From NCBI GenBank assembly GCA_963575745.1, contig CAUYUJ010000215.1:62001-116768 (forward strand): a stretch of DNA of 54,768 bases, given 5' to 3'. Positions 20,771 to 33,720 of this stretch are shown here, piece after piece (position 1 is the stretch's first letter; every line of letters starts with the position of its first letter). Position numbers and translations under genes: made by a program. Origin of the DNA: Prorocentrum cordatum. Lineage: Eukaryota. The notes beneath the pieces were generated by a model. That model was not told where the DNA came from and made no database searches. It saw only the letters and a program-made list of their open reading frames with translations.

Positions 20771-20859
20771 CGAACGTGGCATTGACAACGCGTTGCCTAC
20801 AACTGCATATGGTCGGGTCTTTCGCCAGGGTAGCCCCACCAGCCTTCTGGGCGTAGGTG

Positions 20860-21830
20860 GTCTAGGGAGCTTGCCCTTCCAACCTCTTGTATTCCCCTTC
20901 GGGGAGGGGCTTGCCCCTCACCCGCCGCCCCTCCTCTGGACCTGGACGGGGCGCACCGCGAGGCGTCAGGGGACACGGCTTTGCACAACATGGCCCCAGG
21001 ATGGCTTCAGAGAGCCAGCGATGACCTCCAAGATGGCCCGCGATAGCCCATGCTGCCTCAAGTCGGCCCCCCAATATGCCCCAGGAGATTCCCAGAACGC
21101 TTCAAGGCGGCCCCACTGCGCCCCCAAGACCTCCAAGGAGGCCCCCACGACGCCAACATCCTTCAACCACCTACGGAAGCTCAGTTGTTGATGTCTCACC
21201 GTTTCGCTTCCGATGACCACCCGACGTCCCAACAATGGTCCCAACATGGTCCAAGAAGGCCCTTGGAGGGGCCCAAGAGAGCCCCGCGACGGCCCCACGT
21301 GCGCCCAAGAGCGTTCCAAGAGTGCCCTATGCAGGCGCTACAGTGCGATGTTGGGGGCTCCCGAGCGCGTGGCGCTACGTAAAGCACCCCCTCGCGTTTG
21401 ATCGACGTCCTCCAAAATGGACCCGCGAGCGCCCCTGGAGCTCCCAGGGGCGCCCCGATAGGGCAATGAGAGGCGCCCAGGCGGCCCCAGGAGGCCCCCG
21501 AGAAGACCCCAGAAGACCCAGTACGAGGCCTCAAGAGGACCCCCGAGGTACCCATCACTACCTCATTATCCTTCTCATCCTTCTCGTCCTCTTCGTCATC
21601 GCCCGACTCCTCATCCTCCTCCTCCTCCTAATTATCATCCCCCTCTTCCTCCTCGTCCTCCTCCGACGGCGGGTCCTCCTCCATCCTCCCCCTCTTGAGG
21701 TATACGACTGCATCCCTCGCCCTTTATTCGTCTGCATGCCTCCTCACTTCCCTGACCACCTCAACTCACCAGGGTATCGTTTCTAGATGGGCTGGCAGAG
21801 GTACGCGAAACATCAGCAATGTTCGAACGG
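20860..21830 (+). mobile_element. About 1-kb dispersed repeat, same family as transposase intron 2
   Basis: Shares CTGGACGGGGCGCACCGCGAGG near the left end and GATGGGCTGG..G.ACGCGAA.C.TCA.CAAT at the right end with 39705-40688. Confidence 0.75.
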
Positions 21831-22024
21831 CCGACCGCTCTCGCACAGGCGTTGCTTCCGAGCTCGTGGCGAGCTCGCCTCAAACAAACAGTCAGAGCGT
21901 GTGAGTCCTGATCATTCTCCGTCGCACCTCTCTTTCTCGTCCCCGTCCTAACCCTCGTATCCCCCTTCATCTCCTCCCCCAGTCGCCAGCGCCAGCCGAC
22001 GAGTCCACTCGCAAGCTGTCAGGC

Positions 22025-24670
22025 TCACACTGCTGGCACACCCCCCTTGGCGGGCTGCTTCTTGATGCCCGGGAGGGAGGACTCGTTGTACAGGTAGGTC
22101 TTGAGGGGCTCAAACACACGGCCCTGGACACCCTCGGACAGCTTCTCGAGCGCCTTCCTCTCCCTATTGAGGTTCCTCTTCTTCTCGGACGCCTGCATGT
22201 CGCACGTCGCGTAGTACATGACCATGCCCTCCGTCACGGTCGCCCTGCCGTCCTCCAAGTAGCCCTTCAATTCTGCCATCACCTCCGTATTGTCAGTGAT
22301 CGAGAACATCTCGAATTGCTCCGTAGTCGTGCGGTGCATGGCCTCGCAAATGGCGAGGTTGGCGTTAAACTTCTTCACGTCGAAGCTCGCGCGCAGGATC
22401 GTGGTCGTAGCTCGCTCTTTGATCGCTGTCCAATCCGAGTCCTTGTCAAGCCCATCGTGCCACTTGGAACCGTTGTCTGTGCCGCCGCAGAGCTTCTGGA
22501 TGTCGCAGTTGTCGAACTGGTTCGCGAGCCCTGCCAACAAACTGGTAGCCACTGCGTTGCGAAGCGATTGTGCCTCCTCCACGTAGGCAGTCACGACGGG
22601 GGCGATGCCCTCGAGCGGGAAGTACGTCACGCTCTCGACGCTTGCTGCCTGCCAGGCGGTGAGGGCGCTGACGAACGCCAGCGACTTGACGAGGTCAGCG
22701 TCCAGCTCCACCCTGCAGGCCGCGTCCTTGGCCAACCTCGCCCACCCCTCGTACGAGTTCAGCAGCGCCAGTAGCTTGCTCACGACGCCCTTCGCCACCA
22801 ACACGTCGTCGCAGGCGAGCTTGCCCAGCACGGCCGAAATCTTCTCGAGCAAGTCTGCGGCAGACCTCACGCCATCGTTCCCCACGTTCTTCACGTTCTT
22901 GGCCACGTACCCGAGAAGCGAGATTGCCAGCCCGCCCAATACCTCAACACCTCTGGGGACGTCGGCGAACTTGCCAGACACCGCCATGTAGTCCTGGCAT
23001 TTCTGGGAGTACTTGGAAAGGTCCAGGGTGTCGAAGTCCGTAGTCTTCGAGAGCTGCTCCATCTCTGTAACGAATGCGGTCCCAAACGACAAATCAGAAG
23101 CACAGCCCAGCGCACGCTGAGCATTGGAGATGGCGGCCTTGATGGAAACAGCGAGGTTCGGGAATACACCAACGCACTCAGTCAAGATACCGAGCTTGAC
23201 CTTCACCTCGGAAACGATGCCCTCTGTCGTCAACGACTGCTCGATACAAAGCGCATCGATGTCGGTGATCATGGCTGCGATGCGGGTCTGGAGCGCGCCG
23301 CGCAACGGCACGACACCTCCGCCGCGGCACCCCAGCTCCCAAGACGGCAAGTTCTTGACGATGTCCGCCACGACGTCGTCGCCACAACCCTTCTGGATAT
23401 CGGAGTTGGCTTCATTGATTTTCGGCTGGACCCCGAGCGAACCACCCTTCACCGTGATGTCATCCCAGGACTGTTTCAGCTTAGCCGACTCCTGGATGAT
23501 GGAGACCAGGGATTCCTGGAGCCCAGTGAGAGTCTTGTTCTTGACAGCCGTCTTGATGTTGGCGACCTCCTGTATGTGAATGGTATCAGTAGGGTCCAGT
23601 AAGCACTGCAACACATTCACGATGCCGATGGCATCCTGGAACGCCTCGATGGTGGCGTCGGGGATGTCCAGGCCGAAGGCGTCGAGCTTCTCCAAGATCG
23701 CCTGCGACGCGTCGCCGAACAGGCGCTCAGATGCCGAACACGAAGCCACCAAGGCAGGCAAAACGTATTGTCCAAAGTACTGCGTGAACAAGGTGGCCAA
23801 CTCCTCAGGTGATCCCTCGATCAGCGCCAATTGCGGAGACGTCGGCTGGAAGTCATGCTCAGCGTCGTCATGTTGGCCCTCCGTGGATCCACCCTCGCAA
23901 TCGGCTTTGAGGACGAGCGGCAAGATGTGCTCGAGCGTTTGGCTGATACGCTGCTTGCTCACGTGCTTGTCAGCCGTCAGGCGAGACATGGTGTTCTTGA
24001 GGAGTGCGATCTTGATGGAGGTCGGGTACTCGAAGTCGCTGCCAATGGTCGCGATCCTCGCCTTGAGAGCCTCTGCATCTGCCGTCTTCTGAATGGCATC
24101 CACTGTCAAGTCGACTGCCGCCTCAACCTTATCGACGTGGGCCTTGAGGTTCTTGTACTGCGGAGTCGTTCGATCTGGAAATTTGTGCAGTAAGTCCTTC
24201 GCCCAGCGCAGGTCGGTCTTGTACGGGCCACCCTCCATGATGGCTGACACGTTGAGCTTCTCCTGGTACTTGTTGACCTTCTTGGCCCACTGATCCTTGC
24301 TGGTGACGTCGATCGGACTGGCGGAGAGCAGCGAGGGCGTTGGGCCTGCCTCGAGCGTCTTGGAGGGCGTGACGGACATGGCACGCTCTGGCCTGCGAGA
24401 TGCCGCCAGCGCCGCGATCGCACTGGCGCCTGAGGTGGCGGGGCCGCGGCTGGGGCCCGCCTCCGGATGCGCACCAACGGACTCCACCTCGGCGGGCTCC
24501 GAAGACTGGCTCCCGTCCGCTGCCTCGTCGTCCGCATCATCGTCCGCCTCGGCCGCGCCCTCGCCCTCGAGGTCCTCGGGGACACTGCCGTGGGCCAGGT
24601 TCTCGAAGCGGCCGAGGTCGAACTTCACGTTGCGCAGCTTGGAGAGGAGATTCGCCTTCAGCTTCTTGGC
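22025..24670 (-). CDS. Exon 2 of a ~1107-aa uncharacterised protein (acidic/disordered linker then a long helical region)
   Basis: Stop-free complex reading frame with GC3-biased codons; AG|GCC acceptor at 24671/24670 is in frame with exon 1. Confidence 0.82.
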   Translation of the reverse strand, partial: AKKLKANLLSKLRNVKFDLGRFENLAHGSVPEDLEGEGAAEADDDADDEAADGSQSSEPAEVESVGAHPEAGPSRGPATSGASAIAALAASRRPERAMSVTPSKTLEAGPTPSLLSASPIDVTSKDQWAKKVNKYQEKLNVSAIMEGGPYKTDLRWAKDLLHKFPDRTTPQYKNLKAHVDKVEAAVDLTVDAIQKTADAEALKARIATIGSDFEYPTSIKIALLKNTMSRLTADKHVSKQRISQTLEHILPLVLKADCEGGSTEGQHDDAEHDFQPTSPQLALIEGSPEELATLFTQYFGQYVLPALVASCSASERLFGDASQAILEKLDAFGLDIPDATIEAFQDAIGIVNVLQCLLDPTDTIHIQEVANIKTAVKNKTLTGLQESLVSIIQESAKLKQSWDDITVKGGSLGVQPKINEANSDIQKGCGDDVVADIVKNLPSWELGCRGGGVVPLRGALQTRIAAMITDIDALCIEQSLTTEGIVSEVKVKLGILTECVGVFPNLAVSIKAAISNAQRALGCASDLSFGTAFVTEMEQLSKTTDFDTLDLSKYSQKCQDYMAVSGKFADVPRGVEVLGGLAISLLGYVAKNVKNVGNDGVRSAADLLEKISAVLGKLACDDVLVAKGVVSKLLALLNSYEGWARLAKDAACRVELDADLVKSLAFVSALTAWQAASVESVTYFPLEGIAPVVTAYVEEAQSLRNAVATSLLAGLANQFDNCDIQKLCGGTDNGSKWHDGLDKDSDWTAIKERATTTILRASFDVKKFNANLAICEAMHRTTTEQFEMFSITDNTEVMAELKGYLEDGRATVTEGMVMYYATCDMQASEKKRNLNRERKALEKLSEGVQGRVFEPLKTYLYNESSLPGIKKQPAKGGVPAV

Positions 24671-25111
24671 CTTTCGGGCAATCGGATGCGGGAGGGCACA
24701 TAGGGTGCCGCCAAAAAAAACACATGTGTTTTGTTTTCAAGGGGCTGCCAAAAAAACACATGTGTTTTTTTTTCAAGGCGACTCGCCAGTGGACCTCTGA
24801 ACTCTGAATTCTGGCCCTGGGATCACCTGGTTCAGTGAGAGAGGGAGGGCAAGAGAGATAGAACGCACGAGCAAACAAACGAAAGAAATCACAGAGACCA
24901 CACCTAGGACCAAGGACCTCGCTCTACAATGATCTCAGGACGCTTGGGACGTCTCCTCATCCTCCGCCTCGTCCTCCTCATGCTCTTCCTCGTCACTTCC
25001 CCGCTCATCCTCACCTTGGATCCTCCGCCCTCCCCCGCTCCGCTCCTCAGCATTTGCCCTAACCCCCTCCCCTCCATCCCGTATTCATTTTGTGCTGGTT
25101 GACCCCCGAGC
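24671..25111 (-). other. GC-AG intron (441 bp)
   Basis: CAG|GC donor and AAAG|GC acceptor join LTLAKQ to AKKLKANLL in frame; AGGC is repeated at both junctions. Confidence 0.7.
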
Positions 25112-25789
25112 CTGTTTAGCAAGCGTGAGGTCGGCCTGATTGCGGCGCAGGTGCGTGCCCCTCTTCTCGACGAGTTTGCTGCGCCTGATCGTGAAGCTCC
25201 GCTGGACGCGGTACCTGATGCACGGGTTGGCCGCATCCTTGCACAGGAAGCCTTTGTACTCGTTGCCGACCGTGGTGCCAGGCAAGTTCTGCATGCGGAT
25301 GCTGCAGTCGTCGGGGTTCTTGCCAGTCGCTGCCTTGAAACTGGCGCGTGGAACGCCGAGCCAACACTGCTCGACGACGACCTTGAACTCGTCGCAGTCG
25401 TCCACTTCGTACTCCTCATCCCAACCCTTCGCCGAAGGGTCCAGCCTCGCGGCGTTCGCCGCGTTGAACTCCTTGTTGTAGGCCTCGTCGTCCCTGCACT
25501 TGTCTGCCACCTCCTCGAACGTGCCATCTTCTACGAAACCTCCCTGCGAGTAGGTGCTCCAACAGTCCCCGCACTTGTTGCCGATCGGGTGGCCCTTCTT
25601 GTCCCTCTCCGCCCAGTGGCCGTGCTTCGGCTGAGCCTTGCACATGTAGCACGGCGCGGCCACCAACTTGCGTCTCTTGAGGTCGCGTGCGTCGGTGGCC
25701 GCGGCGGCCGCTGAGGCCCGTCGAGGGCGCTCGGAGCAGTCGTGGGCGCTCAGGGCAGCTTCGGTGAGCTTCGAGCACTGCTTGACCAT
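25112..25789 (-). CDS. Exon 1 of the ~1107-aa protein: NLS-like KRRK and CxxC-x22-CxxC putative zinc finger
   Basis: LKRRKL, CYMC...CGDC; GC3-rich codons. Confidence 0.8.
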
Positions 25790-27039
25790 CCCACGGCTGG
25801 CGCGAACTCTGGTATAGTATAGTGTATCCCTGTGAGGCGGGAGCCCTGTGAGTGCTGCGATCTCCCCGCGGGCGTGAGTCGGCCAACTCTGATCCTGAAA
25901 AAGCTATGCGAGCAAAGGTGCGACAGCAAACGGCACAGCAGGGAGAGGAGTTGACGGGAAGGGGAAGGCGAGGGGGCCAAGAGGCAAAGGGACACGACAG
26001 TTGGAGCAACAGATGCGCGTTTGGCGAAGCAGCCGCAGAACGGGCGAAACGCCCTTCACGCGTGCGCCATGGTCGGCGCCAGAGGGGGACCTTACGCGGG
26101 CAAGCCACACGTGATCAGCACTGATCTGGGAACACACACGTTACACACAGGACCCCAAACGCACGCCTCTCTCAAGAAGCATCGGGGGCGGGGGAGGGCG
26201 GGGCGGATTCGATCAGAAGTTCTCGGTTGCAAACAGCGTGCTCGCACGTATCCTTCCTAAGAGTTGACCTCGCGTGTCATGTTTTAGTATTGCTACTGCA
26301 CTGAGACGGATAATTATGGGGGGGAGGGGGCCCCGCTCCAAGCAGACAACCTATTCCACCCTGTATGTATTATGGGTCCTTGCTTACCTGGGTGGCCTAT
26401 GCCGTATGCGTCCCCGCGGCCACTCGCCCACCCCCCGAAGGCCCTTTGGAACCCAGTTTACCCGACCCCACCCGCCAGACAGGGCGCCCTTTCATCCGGT
26501 TGACGACATGCCTCCCCCCCCCCCCGTGATGTGTCAAAGGCAACGAGAATCGCAGCGTCTGTCGCTGGCGTCGGGCCGTGCCCAACAGCAGACGCAATCT
26601 GGGCACGCCTTCTCTTATCCGACCGCCAGCCAACAACGATCAATAACTCCTTTGTCCGTGAAGCTGCCTCGCGAGCCCGCGACCTGGAGCCTCCAGGTAG
26701 GACATAGTAGTCCCAATGGGGCGCGCGAGCAGTGCCTGCCCGTCCGAGAAGAAGACAGGGGCATCACCAAATGTAAACACTTGCAGCGCGAGGGGGAACG
26801 GAAGAAACGGGCGAAACTACAATCTTGGCCGCTTGGCCCATACCAGAAGTAAAAGAAAACCTGCCACAAGGGTCACGCCGAACATGCAACATTATGTCAC
26901 CTTCAGATCGTTCAGAATGCAGACCTTGTTTCTAGCAGCAAATTAGTCTTCAGGGGGTCCAGTTTGGTTCGGGGAAGCTATACTATGCTTCGGTATGCTT
27001 CGAATACGAGACTTGACGCCCGCTGCGCTTCGCGCTGAG

Positions 27040-28085
27040 GGCTCATAGGGCTCAAAAGGGCTCAGAGGGCTCTGACAGCTCATAGGGCTCATAGGGCTCA
27101 TGGGGCTCATAGGGCCGAGTGGGCTCATAGGGCCCATTGTGCTCATAGGCCTAATAGGGCCCATAGGGCTCATATGGCATTCAGGGCTCATAGGGCTGGT
27201 AGGGTTCGCAGGGCTCATAGGGCTCATCGGTATCACAGGGCGCATCGAGCTTATACGGCTCATAGGACTCATGGGGCACATAGGGCTCGTAGGGCTCATA
27301 GAACTCATGGGGCTCGTATGGCTCAAATGGCTCATAGGGCTCATAAGGGCCCATCAGGCTCATAGGGCTCCGTGGGCTCATATGGCTCATATGGCTCATA
27401 GGGCCCATAGAGCCCATAGGGCCCAAAGGGCTCATAGGGCCAATAGGGCTCACAGGACTTTAGGGCTCATAGATCCCATAGGGTTATATGGCCCATGGGC
27501 TCATAGGGTCAAGAGGGCTCATATGACCCACAGGGCTCGTAGGTGTCATACGGCCCGTAGGGCTCGCAGGGTTCATAGAGATCATGAGGCCATAGGATTC
27601 ATATGGATCATAGGGCTCATGGGGCCCATATGGCTCGCAGGGCTCATCGTGCTCATACGGCTCGTCGGGATCATAGGGCTCATCGGGCTCGCATGGCTCA
27701 TAGGGCCCATCGGGCCCATAGCGCTCATAGGGCTCAAGGGCACAGGAAGCTCATAGGGCCCATGGTGCACATAGGGCTTATAGTGCTCATATGGCCCATA
27801 TGATCAATAGGGCTCACATGGTCATAGGGCCGAGAGGGCACATGGGCCATAGGGCCGAGAGTGCTCATGGGTCTTACAGGGCCCGCCAGGGCCACGAGGC
27901 TCGCAGGGCTCATGGGACTCATCGGGCTCATAGGGCGTTTAGGGCTCATAGGGCTCATGGGGCCCATAGGGCCCATAGGGCTCATCGGGGTCGTAAGGCT
28001 CGCAGGGGTCATATGGCTCATAGGGCGTACATGGCCCGTGCGGCTCACGCTGCTCGTAGGGGGCATAAAGGGGGCCATGGGGCCA
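27040..28085. repeat. 9-bp minisatellite (GGGCTCATA)n
   Basis: Direct reading; source of the spurious GLI/AHR/SPM ORFs. Confidence 0.92.
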
Positions 28086-28344
28086 AGCTTTTCTTTGGAG
28101 GTGCGCGAAAGTGCGGGGAAGGGGGGGAGGGCGCGATCCAGTCGACAGTCGGCACTGTGCAGTCCGAAGCAGCGGCGGCGAGGACTGGCGGCAGCGGGCG
28201 AGCGCCTTGCAGCGGGCCCGCCAGCACGGGCGAGAACGGCCCCGAGGCCGAATTCCGAGACCAGAGCAAAACCGAGCCACCCCGCCGCCCCAAGGGCAGA
28301 GGAGAGGGGGTGTGGGCTGAAAAGCGGCCGCGGTGAACGAACCA

Positions 28345-29155
28345 ACCAAGCCCGCCCCCGTGCCCATGCACCGCGGGGGGCGCCCCCCCCCTGTGCAACA
28401 GTCGCCGCAGAGGGAGCACTGCCCCCAGCGCCCCACGGCCGTGCAACAGGGAGGCGCCGACAACGCGCAGCAATGACAAGGACGGCCACTGGGGCCCCAG
28501 GCCGAACCCGCTGCGAGCGTCCGACAACCGCGGCCAGTGAAGGGGGGCGGGGCGACGGTCGAGGTGGACTGGCTAAACCAAGCCCACCCCCGCGCCCAGC
28601 CCACCCGCGAAAAGGGCGGCGCCTTGTGCAACTGTCGCCGCAGAAGGAGCGTTACCTCCAGCGCTCCACGGCCGTGCAATAGTGGGGCGCCGACAACGCG
28701 CAGCAACGGCAAGGACGGCCGCATGGGCCCCAGGTCGAGCCCGCTGCGATCGTCAGCCCACCGCAAGTGAACAGCAAGGCGTGCGAGCGACAACAATCGG
28801 CATCGCTGGTTTAGGCCCAGGGAAACAAATTGCGCCTGCTGCTGCCACATGAGGGGACGGGGCGACGGTCGATGTGAACTGGCTGGCCCAAGTCCAGCGC
28901 CGCCTGCTTGGCGGGGCCCCTCGGCCCGAGCTCCATGGCTGGCCGCGCGCCACCAGCACTGCCAATCAAGACAACAAGCACTAGACACCCCCGTGCCCCG
29001 CCCACCCCGCGGAAAAGGTTGCCCCCCTGTGCAATTGCCGCTGCAGGGCGTGGATTGCATCCAGCGCACCGCGGCCGTGCAACAGGGGGGCGCCGACCAT
29101 GCGCAGCAGAGACGAGGGCGGCCAGTGGGGCCCCAGGCCGAACCCGCTGCGACCG
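28345..29155. repeat. About 240-bp unit repeated three times, with an insertion in the second unit
   Basis: CGGCCGTGCAA.AG..GGCGCCGAC.A.GCGCAGCA and GGCCCCAGG.CGA.CCCGCTGCGA each recur three times. Confidence 0.7.
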
Positions 29156-29564
29156 CTAGGCTACCGCACTAAACGTTGGACACCCTGGCATAGCATAACA
29201 GATTGAGGACGACCAGGGTGGCCAGCCTAGACCCTTACGAAACCTTTTTTAAGAGATCAACCCTGGTACCCGAGATACCCTTACACTACTTTTAAAGCCA
29301 CATGTATGAAGATACCTTCTAAGAGACCCTCTGAGGGACCCGAGGCACCTAATAGACACAGAGACCCCTACGGGCCCCACTAGACCAACTATGACCCGAG
29401 ACCCTTGAGAAACCCTTACGAGACCTTACCTCAGATACCGTGACCATCCGAGAGACTTGCCCCCCCCCCCCCCCCTTCCCCGTCCACCTTCCCGAGGCCC
29501 AGAGACCCTTGCGAGACCCCTAGTGACCAGCCGAGAGACCCGAGGCCCTTAGGAGGGCCCGCGG

Positions 29565-32500
29565 GCGCGCGGATGGCGGTGGGGCGGCGGGGGAGGGCGG
29601 GCGCGCGCGCTGGGGGAGGGGGGGGGGGGGGGTGCTGCGGGAAGATGCGCTGGGCATCCTAAGTGCGCGCGCGCGTTTCGGCGCGCGCGGGCGGGCGGGC
29701 GGGCGCGGGGGGCGAACGGGGTGCGGGCGCAAGGGGTGCCGAGGATGGGTGCCCCACGATGCCAACTCAAGCTTGGGCCGCGCAGTCGGCGCGGTGTGGG
29801 TTTGGGGGAGGGGAGGGGGGGCGGGCGGGTGAACGCGGTGAACGGATTGGCGGGGGGTGGTCGAGCAAGGGCGGCGTCGGTGGCGGCTGCGGCGGCGGCT
29901 GCGGTCGAGACAGCGGCGGCGGCGGCCGCGGTGGCAGCGGCGGCGCGCGGGCGCGCGCGCGGGGGCGGGGAGAGGGGAAGAGAGGCGGCGTGAGGGGCGC
30001 CAGCGCTGAACGCCTGGGCGGCGCGCGGACGCGCGCACCACGCGCGCGCGCACGCGCGCACAACGCGCGCACAAGCATGCATGCAGGCGCGCGCGCACGC
30101 GCACACGCACGCACGCACGCGCGCACGCGCGCGCGCGCCCGCGCGCGCACATACAGACATACAGACAGACATTCAGACATACACGCACGCCCCAACACCA
30201 TCACCTCCAACTCCCCCCTCTCCCCTCCCCCGCGCCTCCACCCTCGCTTCGCCCCCCCCCACCGCCCCCCTCGCCCGTTCCCCGCGCGCGCCCCTCCCCC
30301 CACCCCCCGCCCCCCCCCACCCCCCCCCCGTCCACCAACCCCCCACCACCCCCCTCCTTCCTCTCACCTCGCGCCGCCGCCTTCGCCCCTTCCACATCTC
30401 CCAGCGCTCTGGCTCAGCGCCTTGCGCCCGCTCCTTTTCGCGTGCCCCCTCTCCGCCGCCGCCCGCTCGCGCCCCCCCCCCTGGCCCTTCTCGCGCCCGT
30501 GCGCCCCTCCTCCCTTCCCGCCCCCCCCGCGCCCCCCTCTCTCGTTTTCTCTCTCCCTCTCTCTCCCCCCACCCCCCCTTCCGCGCGCCCCAAGTACCTC
30601 GGCGCCGCGCCCGCCCGCCCGCCCGCGCGCGGCAGCGGCGGCGGTGGCGCGCGGGGGGGTGGGGGGGTTCGCGGGCCAGGCGAGGCGGCGCGGCCGCGGC
30701 GGCGATGGCGGCGAAGGGGGGGGGGGGGGGTAGATTGCGCGCGCGGAGGCATCGCGCGACGATTGCAAACCCACGCGCGCATGCTCAAGCGGCATGAACC
30801 ACAATTGTAAAATCACATGCGCCGTAGCACCATATGATCAATATGTGATTTTTATATAGTGGATCATATGTTTTGTATATGATTTTTGTATGATTTTTAT
30901 GTGATTTATACATGTTTTCCATGTGGTTGTTTCATACCGACGTGCGTGTTCAAATCGTAATGGATACGTCATTGTATATATGATTGAAACGTGTTTCATG
31001 TGTGATTTCGATGTGATTGATTGTATGTTTTTTTTTCTGTGCTTGATTTATGTTTGTAACGTAGTCGCTCGTATGTTCGCATGTATGATTTTTAGATGAT
31101 TGATATCGAGGAGGGTACGTATGATTTTCATATGTTTTCACTGAGGAAACATACAATCACAAATGGGCGTATGTTTGTTGTATGTTGAGATGTATGTTTT
31201 ATATGTGATTGGATGTATGTTTATGTTGTAATTTTTTCGTGATCAATTCGTGACCGCATACGTGTTTTTTCCATGGTGCAATGTATGATTGCAACGTAAT
31301 AAATTCATGATGAAATCGTAAATTCTGTATGTTGAAATCGCGGTGGCACGCGTGATTTGCAGATGATGAAAACGTGTTTGTTCGCATGTGTCTTCCATGT
31401 TTTTTCGGTGGTGGAATGTATGTTTTTCCATGATTAAATCCATGGCGCGCCTACGTGATTTTCATATGGTAAATCACATCTGCTCTCGGCGAGAGCTGGC
31501 GTTGCAACCTCGGGATCACCTGGCGCCGACACCAGGCGTAAATGGCGCGCGCGCGCGCGCCCACCCCCCTGCGGGGCGCGCGGCGCAAGAGCCCAAGGCG
31601 CACCGCCGCGCCACCGAGCGCGAGAGTTTAGGGCGCGCAAGTTCGCGACCCAGGGCGCGCCGCGCAAGGGTTCCGCCGCGCCGCCCGCCGCGAACTCCAG
31701 CAGCAGGCCTGCGTCGGAGAGCGAGCCCCCCTCCCCCCCCGCACCACCCCCCCCCCCCCCCCCCCCCCTTTTGCCCCGCAGCCGCCGCCGCCGCGCGCGC
31801 GCGAACGCGCGCGCGCACGCGCACACACGCACGCGAACACACGCACACACGCGCACACACGCACACACACACACGCTCACACACACACACGCACACACAC
31901 ACACACACCCTCCCGAACACGCACGCACACACACACACACACGCCCACACACGCGCACGCACACACGCACGCGCACACGCACACACGCACGCACGCACGG
32001 ACGCGCACTCACAAACACACGGGCGCACGCACGCACGCGGTTTGCATGCCAGCTGTTCGTGCATTGAATGCGCCAGGTTGCCCGACTGCGCGCCGCGCGC
32101 GCGCAGATTTCGGCGCGCAGCCAAGTCCATGACAGTTGTTCGCGCGCGGGTTGCGCCAGGCCGCCGAAGTGCACGACGCTGGATCGATTGCGCCAGGCCG
32201 CCGAAGTGCATGCCAGCTGTTCGTGCATGGAGGGCGCCAGGCCGCCCAATTGCGCGTCAGCTGTTCGCGCGTTGATTGCGCGGGGCGGCCCTCGCCGAGG
32301 GGGTGCCGCGTCGGCGCCCAGGGCGGAGCGGTGGCAAGCGGCGGCCGCGAGGGCTCATCCATGTTCGCGCGCGGCCCAAGTGGGTCGGACTTGGGCGCGC
32401 CGGGGCAGATGGCCGCGGCACGGGGGAGGGAAGGGGCGGGGGGCGCGCCCGCCGCGGGCGCGCAGCGTCGGCGCCCAGGGCTGCGCGCAGAGAAGCGGCT

Positions 32501-33720
32501 TGCGCGAGGGCCCCGTCATGCTCGCGCGCGGCTCAAGCGCGTCGGGCGCGCCTGTCGTGGCAGATGGCAGCGTCGGCCAAGGAGGAACGGGGGCGCGGCG
32601 GGGAGGGGGGCGGGGGGCGGGGGGGGGCGGTGGAAGGCGGGTGAAAAGGGTGAGGGGCGGGACCCGCCGAATGTGCGCAGCGCTGGCGTCAAGGGCGGCG
32701 CGCGGGGGATCGGCGGGCGCGAGGGCCCCGACATGCTCGCGCACGGCTCAAGCGGCGCACGTGCGTCGGGGCAGAATGCCACGTCGGCGAAGGAGGGTCA
32801 AGGTGGGGGGGGAAGGGGGGGGGGGGGACGGCGAGGGGGGTTGCGGCGGTGGCGGCGCGTGGGATTGCTAAGGGGACTCGCCGAAAGCGTTGAGCGTCGG
32901 GCGACAGGCGCTGCGACGGGCGCGGCGGACCGCAGAGGCCGCGCGCCGCGCCCAAAGGGGAGGGGAGGGGGGGGTGGGCGCAGGAGGCACGGCGCGCAGA
33001 CGCGCGCCGTCGCGGCGCCGCCCTGCCGCGCCGCGACTGGCTGGTGGAAGAGCAGCGGGCGTGACGAGGAGGGCGGTTGGAGGGGGGGGCATCGCCCAGG
33101 TCGGGCGCGCTGCGGTTTCGCCCGCTAGACCCTCGCCTTCTCGGCGAACAGGGGGCGCGCAACGGCGCGATGTTCCTGGCGGGGGGGCGCGCGCGGGCGC
33201 GCCTGGGCGCGCTGGTCGGCCGGCCGAAGCCCCCCGCGCCCGCGGTGGCGCGCGCGAGCTGGCGAGGGCGGGGCGCAACAGACGCACTTGTTGCGCATTC
33301 GGCTGGGGGCCAGAGGCGCGGCGCCGCCGAAGGCCGCGGAAGCCCGCGCGGGCACGGCTGCAATTGAAGGTTGACGGGCCCGCCGCGGTTGCGACCCCAA
33401 ATGCGTTTGGAATGCCAATGTCAGTCTTCGGTGCGAGCCTGAGCGGGCGGCCGACCGCAAGGCGTGGCGCCCGCCACCCGCGGGCGGGGCCGCGCGCCTT
33501 GGATCCCGGGCCCCGCATTTGCAAGCGCGCCTGGTTCATGCAAGGCTGCGGTGAGCCCCCGAGCGCCCGCGCGGGGCCCTCGCACCATTGCGACCGCGCC
33601 GCGCAGGTGCTCCCAGAACCACTACACGGCGACAGGTTGACACCTTGGCCCGCGCGCATGATGTTGCGCAGGGCCCGCGCTCGGGGCTCCTGTTGGGATG
33701 CGCGCGGGCGGTGCGCCTGT
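29565..33720. repeat. Extremely GC-rich low-complexity region (CGCG, poly-G/C, (CA)n) containing an AT-rich ATATGATTTT island at about 30800-31480
   Basis: Direct reading. Confidence 0.8.

Noticed and set aside
27100..28080. Collagen-like G-x-x (GLI/GPI) ORFs
   Set aside because: Direct translation of the 9-bp GGGCTCATA minisatellite, which also occurs in both orientations elsewhere.
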